Source of the DNA: Iphione sp. A-MEVVRFRX5
Taxonomy: Eukaryota
Assembly: GCA_976226885.1 (NCBI GenBank)
Contig: OZ320318.1
Coordinates: 32,984,001-33,048,000, forward strand
Direction of reading: 5' to 3'
Length of the DNA: 64,000 nucleotides
Below are positions 1 through 11,599 of this stretch, in pieces. Below the pieces are notes generated by a model. That model saw only the letters and a program-made list of their open reading frames with translations. It was not told where the DNA came from and did not search any database. The position numbers and the translations under genes are program-made. Each line of letters starts with the position of its first letter. The stretch's first letter is position 1.

Positions 1-26
1 TATTGCTGGAGTCTCGGTATTTATTA

Positions 27-1408
27 GGCCCTAAAAACCTAGGTGTGTTTCTGGTTATTATGAGGCCAAACCTAGGGAGGGGGGATTTCTTGTGCTTCTT
101 ACCTCTGGTCATTAACAATTTGGAAGACAATACAAGGAAGGGGACCTATGAGGTTTATTATCCCCCACCAGCCATTAAATCAAGTAGAATTATTTAGTTC
201 TACCTGGGTGAGAAGACTATGACATGGATTCATACTATGAAATCTGCAAACTGACTCTGTATTGTGGGGAGGTCAGGGTGCCATGACCTTATGTTGTACC
301 TAGCGACCCTACCCAGCTGTTCAGGTCCTGGCACCACAAGTTGTGGCACCATAAGTGCCAGTAATACTGGCACCATAAGTGCCAGTAATACTGGTTAAAC
401 CTGAGTATGTGTCAGAGGTGACCTTGGACCCTTATAATCCAGGCACCCATTACTTTGTAGCTTATGCATGTATGCTGATTGGTAGAGAGGATTACCAGAA
501 GACATAATGCATCCATTTTACTCCACGACTTGATATATCAGCTGATCAGTGACCCCAATGTTTGCCAGAAACAAGGACCCAGTATTGCAAATTAAGCAGT
601 CTGCACCTGGAGCTACCTTGTGGAACTTGTCCGCCTGGGGATACTAATGGGACATACCCACTTGGAATACATTGAGGGATAGGCATTCGGATTAACACTA
701 AGGAATAATGATAGGAAAATACCTGATCACAGGAGTAACAAAGACATAGCTTGCTTCAGCAAGTGGGCAGTTCTTAATAAACTCATTACAGTATGTATGC
801 CAGTCTGTGGATACAACCTAATATTAGAATGCATAAATTGATCATTGCATCACTTGGAATAATATAAAAATAAGCTAGTGTCAAGAGTTCATGTAGAGAA
901 ACACCATATTTGAAAGACCCACAAGGTCATGATGGAGGAAGTCATAGCTGGTGGCTTAGAATGATATGTAGTAGTGTATCTTCATTTTTATGGCTATAAG
1001 CCTTTGCATAGGTTGGTTTATATCTATCATCACTACACTTCTTGTACATAAGATACATAGACTAATACTTCGACAAAAGAGATGTGCTCCTTTCTGTACT
1101 TGAGTCATCACAATAGTAATAAATATCATATCAGCCAATGGAAGACCTACCAAATAAGGTTTCCATGGGATCCTGACAGGTCATCTCTCTAGAATAGGTT
1201 AAAAAAGTAATTATACTCTGGGCAAATAATTCACATTTCTTTAATAAATTTTAAGATTTAAAGTCTATTTCATATCAGCCTTGTGCACTTCCCTCCTTCT
1301 CTGTCTCTTACCTAGATTGTGCATCAGGGACTCTTTAGGTAGGGTGAGATATAGAGGGGGGTTATTTTTTTTTTTTATTTATTTTTTTTTTTTTGGGGGG
1401 GGGGCGCC
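27..1408. mobile_element. Possible degenerate Zator-like non-autonomous DNA element
   Basis: Left end TTA|GGCCCTAAAAACCTAGGTGTGTTTCTGGT resembles the ends of the MITEs at 14808 and 47241. Right end ...GGGGGCGCC|TTA is preceded by an inverted copy of the CTCACCCTACCTAAA subterminal motif (about 1335-1350). Pairing these two ends is an inference. Confidence 0.3.
344..391 (+). repeat. 24-bp tandem duplication (TGGCACCATAAGTGCCAGTAATAC x2)
   Basis: Two exact adjacent copies read directly, with a degenerate partial copy just upstream. Confidence 0.85.
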
Positions 1409-3864
1409 TTACCATGATATGCTGGCAAAAAATCAGCATCGGTCAGGTTACTAGGAACATTATTTTGATAGGTCTTACTATAGATGTTCAAACCTAAGAA
1501 AACAAAGCACGTAGTGGTCACTGGTACCACTATACGAAAGAATAAATAAATATATAGAAAATAATGTAGGACATAATATTAAAAGTAATACCTATAGATT
1601 ATTATCGTATAATGTTAGATAACATCAATATGTCTATGCGTTTTATCTCGACAGCAGTTGTCAATGTCAGTTCATCTCGTTTTCTCTGAACAACACTAAT
1701 GGTACTTTATATGCATTTATCAGATGAAAAAGTAATCCTATTTGTGCAATAAAGGAACGATGTGGAAGGAAGATCTACTACTTGTGATTTAATCTAATTA
1801 GGACGGACCGAAAATCAAAGAAACTAAGGGACGGCTGATCATGTGATATTTGTTTCTTGATAACTACATGCAAGAACAATCTTCCTCCCAGATTTCACAT
1901 CACGAAGTAGTTAGGAGAGGCCTATATCCAGCCTACATTGTGGGCTAGTGTCATGTAATGGCATCCTCCTCAATCAAAATTTGATTAAGCAGCGTTATTG
2001 TCAGAGAAACTGAATGAAAGATGAAGGACTTCCCACTATTATCATCTCAATGTATATCTCAAATGCCGAATCGCCTATCTTTGATGGCGACACACTAAAA
2101 TGTATAAAAATGTATTAACATGTTAATGTTTAGAGTACCAAATACAATTTTTGATATTTAACACTTTCATTGAGCTAGTGTTAATTGCAGCACCTGCATA
2201 AACCGATATTATTGGACTTCGAAACAATTGATCTTTTCCAGTAAATTCGTATTTACACATTCATATGTATAGGAATTGTCAGACAAACAGTGTTTCAAAC
2301 TAAACACCTGTTTTTATAATACCGGCACTGACGTAATGGCACGTACATGTACACCTTTGTAGAGCGAAATATGGCAGCATTTAGGGAACCTTTGCGTTTT
2401 GTCAAAAAGAATAATACCCTAATGGGTAGTATTCCACACTTTATATGTTCTTCAATGATCGAGAAATTATCAAAGATAAAACTAAATACCATAATGAACA
2501 TACTTACAGGGTTGAAGAGGTGTATGTAAGTATATCATCTAGTACTATACATTCTTGTAATTGCATGCACACCATGAAGTATTATGTGGACCAGTAAATG
2601 TTCGTGCTTCCTCTGGTACTGCATGTACCACACGATAAATTTAAGTCGATGATTTAGAACTACAGCTCTGTAGGTATGTGTGTCATCCACTATCATACGT
2701 ACTAGTTAAGGCATATAAATGTAATTATCATTAACAGAAATACATAGATTTCACTTATAGAAATATGTAAAGTGGTGATTGTATGCATTTAGATTTTTAT
2801 CCGGTGTACCAGTTTGCCATCTAGTTCTAAATGTACACTGGTAAATAAATGCAGCTCGTCCAGTACCATATGTACCTAAGTACGACGGGACATGCCATTT
2901 AAAATATTCCAGAATGATGATAGATGGATCTAGATCGTTTTACTGGGAATAAAATATTCTCAGTATAGATTGCATCTCTGCCAATTTTTAGATTAACATA
3001 CAGCAGAGAAAATGTTACAATGCAGATCACTTGGTAGACCAAATTGGGACAAAGGCCAAGATTTCTAAGACCAAATCATTCATTTCCCTCTCTGTAAAAT
3101 GTCTCTTTTGAAACCAAACCCTGCAAGGGACCAAAATTGGCCAGTCCTGAGCTTGGTTTTCTATGCAGGTCTGAGCTCTAATGCTAAATGTTGTTTAACC
3201 TTATGATGATATCAGAGTAGACCACTGCTATAGTACCCTCCAGATTTACTTCCGGGAACAGGTAACATTTTCTGATCCCTGTGGAATGACCTTCCAATTT
3301 CCGCTATGTTTGAGGACGGTCCCTCTGCTCAGGCCACACGAAAACCTGACAATCATTCGACGACGGTGTACACAAGCGAATAGAACACACAGTGAGCAGG
3401 TCTCCCTGCAGGAATAGATGTGCATGCCTCAAATAACACACACACATGCTCACTGGTGTCCAGCTCCGGGTTATACTAAATCTTGTGGCTTTATGTCAGG
3501 ACACGGAATCAATTATTCTCCCGGACGTCCTACTTTACATAGCTGATTTACAGGGTTGGGCTCTGTGCAGAACAATGGCGGACAGTCAAAGGCAGAAGTA
3601 AACCGGCAAGACACGATCAGGTTTTTGGGGCGGCCAGAATGTAGGCCATACTAGAAGAGAATCTGCACAATGTACGGATAGATGGTGATATGGACAGGTA
3701 GACGTATATCGATAGGGAGACGGGGACAGAAGAAACAGAATAAGGAGGAATACTGTACAAATTTGGAGAACCAAGTTTACAAGAAAATATTGGAGAGCAT
3801 TAATCAAGGCAAATGAGACAGGATATGTAAAATAAGAAATATAAACAGAACAACAGAACAATAG

Positions 3865-3870
<6 letters not shown>

Positions 3871-3900
<30 letters not shown>
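3871..3900 (+). repeat. (GA)15 microsatellite
   Basis: Read directly. Confidence 0.95.
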
Positions 3901-3903
<3 letters not shown>

Positions 3904-6900
3904 ATGGCAATGTAAACTTAGGACTAGGATCAAACACACTTTGTTAGTTAAGTGATAATGCGGAGCCTTCCGTGTTCGAGATATTTCTTCTTACTGGTAA
4001 CGAGTGAGCATCGTGGTAGCTGTCAAACTCTTGTGGTTTTTGCGTAAAATAGATGCTGTTTAAGTTCGCTTCCACGTAGCAGAGGCAGCTTCTGGTCCTT
4101 TCATATTGTTTTATGCAGCCATTGTTACCGTCAGGTCTTTGGACGTGATTTCTGAGGCCCGTGGTTTGACACAGCGATGGAATCTAATATTTGACTTAAT
4201 TTCTATCTCTATTTTTCAAATTAATTATTACAATTATCACAGTAATGAAAACACGTAATTTCACGGCATAGGAGAAAATATATGTGGAAAAACATCGTGT
4301 TGTAATGTCTTTCCTAACCAGTTGGTGATGGGTTAATTGAGTCGTGTTCATATGGGAGACGTGCAATTATGTAAACGATACAATCTTCTTTTTATAATAG
4401 CCTTCCAATTAGCGATATATCCCTTTTATAGACATGTCCCTACGTCACTGCGAGACAAAGGCTCACTTTTAACAAGAAATTTGGGTTTACGCAACTTCCT
4501 TCCTAGCAACCTAGCGTTAAGGGATGATGGAAGATGGAAGAAAATGACGCGGTGCCAGACAAGTCAGTTCTCGTTGGTCCTTAGAGCATTGCGGTGCAAT
4601 CCCAGACAGGGCAGTGGCAGCCCAATGTGAAAATATATGGCTGGCCTAGCAGGGACCGATCAATGCGTATCCTTGGCACTACAAGCCCCCTCCTATCTTC
4701 TCCTAGTCCACCAAACTGTGTTATTGGTTTTTGTTCCCCCGGATGGGCTTACCTTGTATCCTACAGAGGAACAGGATCATTCACGCCACCCGCGCCGTAT
4801 CCAACCGGCACGTATCAGCTGGAACACGCGCCATCTCTTCAAAACCTTGCAAGTGCTAAACTCATTGAGTGGACACTATTGATATATGACAACATGCATC
4901 ATTATACTGTGTCAAAATAACCAATTGATTCCAATGAACAGAAGTGTTATAATCCTCTGAAACGGCAATGCGGCAAGATGGTCATGGCATATATATGTAC
5001 GTAGTGGTACTAGTTGGCTATGGTCCAAGGTGACTATAGAATGACAACCACTTCCTCAACTCTAGTTACGAATGACCTTCGGGAAAAATCAAGATAGTAC
5101 GACCAAAACAGCAAAATTAGTAAAAGTTTAAAATCGCACAGAACATATAGTTTGGTACACTGAGAAGGAACAACAGCGTACAGAGCATTCAAGATTTTCG
5201 TTGAGTGGGGTTAGCAGCTGACGAGTTCCACTTAAGGCTTCCTATACTTACAAGATATCGTTCAAGTCAGCGATGATTGATCATCTGGATGCATAACCAT
5301 AATGCGTGAAACTGATAAAGAATCCCCCTAGTAGCTGAGAATAAATGAGCTTAAAAAGAACTGGCTTGGGGACAGACCGAAGGTTGATTATGGATGTATC
5401 AGGCGCATGAGAAACAGGGACCATTCGTTACAAAGACTCCCATGACAAAAAACAGCAGTAGCAGTACACACGGGCATTATTGATCCTTATTCTTAGAGAT
5501 ATCTTAATGGGGCAAACTAGACAAACAATCGATCATCTAACAAGCCCAGATTTATCAAGAAAAAGAAATAAAGTTTTGGAAGGTGCACATTTCATGTTTC
5601 TTTTCGTTGGAGTTTTCGAAAGCACACGTTTTTTATTCGTAGAATATCCGTCCGTAATCATATTTTTAGTAGATGATTTTGAATTTTCCCATTGGCATGC
5701 ATACAATCTTTTTACTGTATTTTCCCTGCAAAGGAAAATAATACATTGGTATATGCCTATTTAGACAAGATTGCATCTAAGGGTGGGATTACCACGTAGG
5801 CTTATACCTGTGTCTCTGGTGACAGGCTAAAAAAAATTAGGGTTGTTAGGTAGGTAGATTGCCTTTTTACGGCACATATATTCCGATGAAGAGGATAGAA
5901 AGTACTTGACAATCCTGGAGCTATCACTTTTACTGCTGGTAATGATACTGCTATCATATGAAAGCTGAGGCCCATAGGAATAACATGGTTTATCTATATC
6001 TCTGTATCTTAATTCAGATGGAAGATATTTGCAAAACAATAAGGACAAAATCAGGGTTGCTTGGGCTACCAGAAATAGTATTATTAAGATCTTAAATAAA
6101 AAGACAAAGTAGGTCTATGTACAGTAACAGTAGCTCTATGGTGCAACCTCGGAGAATGCATCATAATAAATCATTTTTCATCGTTCGAACAGCAAGACCT
6201 CGTTAGATTTTTTCAGAGATCTTTTGATCGATTTCTCCACGCTGACTACAATCTATTACCAAAACATGGATCACTGTCCTATATGTGTGAGGCATCTGGA
6301 AATTGTTACCCTCGAAGCATGAAGCAATGATGTAAGGGGTTTTAATTGCAACATAACAATGTTGGAGACGGAAGAATCTTATCATCAAGTGCAGATCAAG
6401 CCTCCTCCACCTAGTATAACCACCCACATAGAGCCTCTGCATGGAGGGATTATCGCATCACTCACGGCCCTATTATAATTACAGACAGATTAAACCATTA
6501 AGGAGGATGGTGCATAGTAGAAACCCTCAGATGAGACCAAGCTAGACTGCGGCTAGACTGTTTAAGCCTCCTGCTTGAGCTGGTCTCGTTGGAGGGTTGA
6601 TAGTTCAAAGAAAATGTAAAATTTGTCCTTTGCGAGGGCAAAGTGAAGTGTTATAGGCTACCCTTCAGCTGAAATTCACGTAACGGCAGTTCTAACGAGT
6701 GCATTATATTCCGGATTGTATTTTATCCAAAACTGTAACGTAGGCGGTCAAAGTTTTACTTACAGATGTATATCTTTTCCTGGTGAGTCTATTGTCTCCT
6801 CTTTTAAACGTTTCTGCTCATCTCTCCTCTGTCTCTCCGTCCGTGTAGAGGAATTCTGCGACTCTTTCTGCGACTTTTTCTCTAACGTCAGTGATCTGGA

Positions 6901-7484
6901 TTGTCAATTTTCAAAACGGCTAAGGCTGAGCCCGATTCTAGGGGTGGTATCTAGACTGTCTGAACACACTTACGAGATTACGCATCAGCCACTGACAATT
7001 CCAAGACTACGATTGGATACAAATGTGGATGGGTCATCAAGCATGTGGTGCTGGGCTGATACTGAGAACGTGAGTGCAGTGTCAGTAGGTTGTACTTGGA
7101 CACTGATGGCACTCGGAGGTAATCCTTATGTAATGAAAGCTGTAATGACCGGGGAATTTACCGTAACGCCAATCCGGTGGTGGTGGAGATTTCAAAGGGC
7201 GTTCCATGAAGATAGTAACTAAGAAAAGAAATAGATATTTTTTCAGAGATCGGTTTTCTTGAATCTTTTGTTAATATTGTACACAATAATCTATGAGCTC
7301 GTGATCTTATAGAAGAGGGCAAGTTGTACAACCCATGTGAGACGGTTCGTTAACAGGGTATGGAAACCAATGTAGTAGTGGTGCTGTACACACAACAGCC
7401 GCAGCTATCGTAGAAGTAATGAGGACTGCGGGGAAAACGCTGACTCTAAGGGTGATTATGAGGCTTAAATTATCCGATGATAAT

Positions 7485-7593
7485 TATGTGGAATATAAGG
7501 CATTTATATGAGTATATGTCGCAAGAGGCAATGTATTGTTGTTTCATAGCAACTGTGATGTCGCTGTTCCTAACGATGTACACTCTCTGTTTA
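7485..7593 (+). repeat. Split direct repeat A1 of element 1 (109 bp)
   Basis: Identical by eye to 11419-11527 (TATGTGGAATATAAGGC...CACTCTCTGTTTA). Confidence 0.95.
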
Positions 7594-7632
7594 ACTTTTG
7601 AGGAGTGACGACGTGCCTTACTGATCAGCACG

Positions 7633-8451
7633 ATGGAGAAATTTTGCAAGAAGTGTAATGTGTCTCATATCTCTCCAGTGGGCAAGAAATGCAGGAGACC
7701 TACCCAGGAGGTGATTGACATTGCTGGGAAAAATGTTGAAGATGATCCAGGCGACGTTATGATTGAGAAGCGATTCCAGAAGATTGAGACAATGCTCGAG
7801 GCATTGGTCACCAGCAAGCCCTCGAGCCAATTGAAGCCGGTGAAAGTGACCAGTGAATCTTCTTCTAGTGGTGATGAATCTTCTTCAGACTCGGACTCTG
7901 AGGTGCAGAAGAAGAAGAAAAAGAAGAGAGGTAAGAAGAAGTTCTCCATTTCGCGGTACGTGAAAGGTGAGAAAGTGGATACGTATGAAGACCTGGTGGT
8001 GGGGTCTGTCGGGTTGTTGAAGAAGTTGATGGCCGACGGTGAGGATGTGAAGGGTTATATCGACCATTTGGCTTTTCTGGCAGACAGGGCGTCAACAAGA
8101 ATCTATACCAGTGCTTCACTGATCGAGTATGACAGCGAGATGCATAAGAAGGCTAAGGAGGAAGGCATGAAGGCCTTCTGTTACGGTGACACAGTCGTCG
8201 TTCATCGCTGCCTTAGCTTGGATGCCACGGTGGATGTGGCCAAAGCTAAGGAATCCAAGAAGAGGCAGAAAAGAGCGAAGGGAGTGTGTTTCAAGTTTAA
8301 TAACTCTTTGTGTGATGATCAGAATTGCAGGTTTAAGCATGTGTGTGAGACATGCCTGAAGGCGGGACATAGAGCATCAGAGTGCTTCACGGGCAAGTCA
8401 TCCGGTGGAGATACAGCCACGAAAGCGAAAGCATCAGTTAAAAAGGACTGA
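7633..8451 (+). CDS. Gag-like ORF1 (272 aa)
   Basis: N-terminal CKKCxxxHxxxxGxxC motif, Ser/Asp-rich and poly-Lys tracts, and a C-terminal CFKFNNSLCDDQNCRFKHVCETCLKAGHRASEC double zinc knuckle (CCCH + CCHC) typical of Ngaro-type Gag. Confidence 0.9.
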   Translation: MEKFCKKCNVSHISPVGKKCRRPTQEVIDIAGKNVEDDPGDVMIEKRFQKIETMLEALVTSKPSSQLKPVKVTSESSSSGDESSSDSDSEVQKKKKKKRGKKKFSISRYVKGEKVDTYEDLVVGSVGLLKKLMADGEDVKGYIDHLAFLADRASTRIYTSASLIEYDSEMHKKAKEEGMKAFCYGDTVVVHRCLSLDATVDVAKAKESKKRQKRAKGVCFKFNNSLCDDQNCRFKHVCETCLKAGHRASECFTGKSSGGDTATKAKASVKKD

Positions 8452-10530
8452 CTAGAGGCCTACATTGATCGATCATCGGAGGAATCCGACACTTGTGAGT
8501 CGTGCATTAATGATTTGCCACCTAGCATGAATTACTGGTCTTTCAAGGAGACCGATTGTGTTGATCGTTTGAATAACGGAATCGAAGGCGTTGCCAAGGG
8601 TAACGCTGGGAATGACGTTGTGGACGGTGGTTACGTCACTGATTGTGATTTGACGTCTTTTAAGTCCCGTGACGCATTGAGCATTTTTGTGTTGAAGGAA
8701 CAGGACAAAGACGGACATCGGTTGACTGTGAGTAGATACAATGGCAATTCATCAATTAACATTTATGAAAGTTGTATTTCAGGTGAATGTTGTTGTACTC
8801 ATTACATCGGTGGTGTTTTAAGTCCCTTGAAGATGTGTAGGTGCTTCGTGTACCTGTCCCGCTCGGACCTGAGTGATGGTCTTGTTGTCGAATTGTGGAG
8901 AGGGATAAGCGAAGGATTTAATATCGTTGATGAAAACTGTAACACTGAGTATTATTGTAGTAATTACAAGTCAATTTTGTGTGAAGGTTTTAAAGAACAG
9001 ATGGATCGTAAAATTGAGGCTGAATTGGAAGCTGGCTTGATTAGTATCACTGTTGAAAAACCTAAATGTGTCAATGCCTTGGGGGGGGTGCCTAAGAGTA
9101 ACGGGGATTTACGTCCAATTACAGACTGCTCGATGCCCCCAGGAAAAGCGATTAATAATTTTATGAATGACACGTGTAAAGAGTTCAGCTTCAAGTCAGT
9201 AGATACTGTCTGTAATATGCTACATGAAGGGGAGTGGTTAGCCATGTGTGATATCAAGAGCGCATATCGCTCAGTACTGGTTCGTCCAGAACATAGGGAA
9301 TTTCAGGGTTTCAGTTGGATGAGTACTGGAGAAAACCCAAAATTTTATGTAAATAATTCCCTATGTTTTGGACTTAAGTGTGCTCCATATATATTTAATA
9401 ATATTTCGGAGCTAGTGGTGTCTGAGTTTCGCTACAGATGTAATGGTAGGATAGTGAACTATCTCGACGATTTTATTGTAATAGGTTCGACAGAAGAAGA
9501 ATGCAGTGTTCTTCAGAGTATCCTTGTTGATGTTATCAGTGAAATAGGGTTTGAAGTATCGATACAGAAATGCACGTATGCTAGCCAAAAATGTAAATTT
9601 CTAGGCATAATGATTGACACTTCAAAGATGGAGCTTTCACTACCTGAAGAAAAAGTAGTAATGGTGAAAGAAAAAATCGAGTTGGCCCTCAAAAAAGATA
9701 AATTGTCAAAAAGGGAGATTGAAAGTTTAGCAGGATCCCTTTCGCATTGTGCGACTGTTGTAAAGGGGGGCCATACATACACACGCAGCTTGTATGACTT
9801 TTTAAAGAATATTAAAAACAATTGTAAAAAGGTAACTTTGAATGATGAGGTTAAAGGTGATCTGAGCTGGTGGTTGAATTTGATGGACGTGTTTAATGGG
9901 AAAAGGAGGATCATTAAGACATCAAGTGTGGAATGTGTTATGACAACTGATTCTTCGATGGACGGCTTCGGTGGATGGCTCAAGAACGACTGGTTTTATG
10001 GGAAATGGAAGGACCAAGAGTGGTGTATTGACTCGTGTGATCACCATTATGAGACTGCTCCTATGTGTGATATTTATGAGGAACACATTAAAGTGTTCGA
10101 GCTTTGGGCAGTACTGATTGGTTTGAAACGCTGGAAAGAATTCTTGGCCAATAAGATGGCCTTAATAAGAGTAGATAACACATCAGTTATGTACATGCTG
10201 AGGTCAGGGAGGAGCCAGAACAGAACTTGTATGCGTTGGCTAAGAGAAATTTTCTGGTGCTGTGTGATTAAAAATATTGCTTTCAAAGTAGAATATATCA
10301 GTACTTGTGATAATTACATAGCCGATGTATTCTCTAGGGCGGTAGAGCCAAAGATGTTGGAAAGAGTAATGAATGATCTATGGTCTCGTTCTGCATGTTG
10401 TAGCCATGTCTTATCTTCCATTTTCAGAGGGTCTGAAAGAACTGAGGCGGAAGATGAAATCCTTGAAGGAGGACGCTTTGGCGGTCAACACGAAAAAGAC
10501 AAGGAACCACCAGCTACAGAATTATTGTGA
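8452..10530 (+). CDS. Reverse transcriptase / RNase H ORF2 (frame open from the gag stop; first in-frame ATG at 8527)
   Basis: RT motifs CDIKSAYR, LCFGLKCAP, YLDDF and KFLGIMID. RNase H motifs TTDSS, HIKVFEL, VDN and NYIADVFSR. Confidence 0.95.
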   Translation, partial: LEAYIDRSSEESDTCESCINDLPPSMNYWSFKETDCVDRLNNGIEGVAKGNAGNDVVDGGYVTDCDLTSFKSRDALSIFVLKEQDKDGHRLTVSRYNGNSSINIYESCISGECCCTHYIGGVLSPLKMCRCFVYLSRSDLSDGLVVELWRGISEGFNIVDENCNTEYYCSNYKSILCEGFKEQMDRKIEAELEAGLISITVEKPKCVNALGGVPKSNGDLRPITDCSMPPGKAINNFMNDTCKEFSFKSVDTVCNMLHEGEWLAMCDIKSAYRSVLVRPEHREFQGFSWMSTGENPKFYVNNSLCFGLKCAPYIFNNISELVVSEFRYRCNGRIVNYLDDFIVIGSTEEECSVLQSILVDVISEIGFEVSIQKCTYASQKCKFLGIMIDTSKMELSLPEEKVVMVKEKIELALKKDKLSKREIESLAGSLSHCATVVKGGHTYTRSLYDFLKNIKNNCKKVTLNDEVKGDLSWWLNLMDVFNGKRRIIKTSSVECVMTTDSSMDGFGGWLKNDWFYGKWKDQEWCIDSCDHHYETAPMCDIYEEHIKVFELWAVLIGLKRWKEFLANKMALIRVDNTSVMYMLRSGRSQNRTCMRWLREIFWCCVIKNIAFKVEYISTCDNYIADVFSRAVEPKMLERVMNDLWSRSACCSHVLSSIFRGSERTEAEDEILEGGRFGGQHEKDKEPPATELL

Positions 10531-11365
10531 CTTTTGTGAAGAGTTTGGGTTAGAGTGTTTTCCGTGCTCAAACACTCAGGCTTGCATCTATGTCACTTAC
10601 CTTAGTAGAAGCCTTTGTTTTAGTTCTATCAAGAACTATTTGTCTGGGCTGTGTTATTGGAGTCGAGTCAGAGGGGTTGAACCACCTGATTATAATGATT
10701 TTAACCTCTCTCAAGTGCTACTTGGGGTCAAGAGATCGACTGACAGGAGGGCTGTCCAAGCTCATGCCTTTTCTTTAAACGATATGTATCAAATTTTTGA
10801 TAAGTTGGATCTCAGTGTACTATCTGACCAGATGTTTTGGCTGGCGTGCTGTTTGGCTTTCCGTTGCCTACTTAGGAAAGAGTGTCTTACCTCAGATGAG
10901 GGTTTAAAGTGGAGTGATATCGAATTTACAGACTTTGGTATGATAGTTCATGTGTTACATGGAAAGTGTATTATTTCTGCTAGGGACGTGTATTCAGTCC
11001 CTGTGTTTTACTGCAACTCATATAAAATGTGTGTTGTGACGTGGATGAAGATTTGGCGTTCAAAGAGTTTTGTATATGATGATCAATTGATTTTCTCTTA
11101 TACCCGTAAAGGATTTCTCAAAAAACTAACTTATGGTGATTTTATGTTGAAATTGAAACAAGTATGTGATTTTATCAAAGATGATGTAAGAGTTTCTTCA
11201 CATGGTTTTCGTAGAGGGGGTACAACATTTTTGGCTTCCAGGGGTGTTGATATTAATGTCATCAAGGATAGAGGGAACTGGAAGTCTTGGTGTATTCTTC
11301 AATATATCGATCTGCACTTTGACCAGTTGTCTAAAGCTGAACATGATATTTCTTCCTTTCTTTAG
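10373..11365 (+). CDS. Tyrosine recombinase ORF3, overlapping the end of RNase H in another frame
   Basis: Catalytic set FRCLLRK (R), HGK (K), SHGFRRGG (HxxR) and GNWKSWCILQY (W...Y). N-terminal SAM-like region YVTYLS...SSIKNYLSGL. Confidence 0.95.
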   Translation: MIYGLVLHVVAMSYLPFSEGLKELRRKMKSLKEDALAVNTKKTRNHQLQNYCDFCEEFGLECFPCSNTQACIYVTYLSRSLCFSSIKNYLSGLCYWSRVRGVEPPDYNDFNLSQVLLGVKRSTDRRAVQAHAFSLNDMYQIFDKLDLSVLSDQMFWLACCLAFRCLLRKECLTSDEGLKWSDIEFTDFGMIVHVLHGKCIISARDVYSVPVFYCNSYKMCVVTWMKIWRSKSFVYDDQLIFSYTRKGFLKKLTYGDFMLKLKQVCDFIKDDVRVSSHGFRRGGTTFLASRGVDINVIKDRGNWKSWCILQYIDLHFDQLSKAEHDISSFL

Positions 11366-11374
11366 CTGGGTTTG

Positions 11375-11421
11375 GGCCTGAGTATACTCCCACTTCCTCG
11401 TTGTGTCCTTATTAGACATAT
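11375..11421 (+). repeat. Split direct repeat B1 of element 1 (47 bp)
   Basis: Identical to 11553-11599 (GGCCTGAGTATACTCCC...TTAGACATAT). Confidence 0.95.
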
Positions 11422-11527
11422 GTGGAATATAAGGCATTTATATGAGTATATGTCGCAAGAGGCAATGTATTGTTGTTTCATAGCAACTGTGATGTCGCTG
11501 TTCCTAACGATGTACACTCTCTGTTTA
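11419..11527 (+). repeat. Split direct repeat A2 of element 1
   Basis: Identical to A1 and overlaps B1 by TAT. Confidence 0.95.
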
Positions 11528-11552
11528 CCTTTTTTTTCTTTTATCTAATAAA

Positions 11553-11599
11553 GGCCTGAGTATACTCCCACTTCCTCGTTGTGTCCTTATTAGACATAT
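11553..11599 (+). repeat. Split direct repeat B2 of element 1
   Basis: Identical to B1. Preceded by AATAAA (11547-11552) and followed by a degenerate (TAA)n tract. Confidence 0.95.

Larger units (their letters stand above)
7485..11599 (+). mobile_element. Full-length Ngaro/PAT-type (DIRS order) tyrosine-recombinase retrotransposon, element 1
   Basis: Split direct repeats in A1...B1-A2-B2 order enclose gag, RT/RNaseH and YR ORFs with no internal disruptions apart from the gag stop. Confidence 0.95.

Noticed and set aside
4900-7300. Possible decayed retroelement ORFs on the minus strand
   Set aside because: No diagnostic EN, RT, protease or integrase motif could be read.
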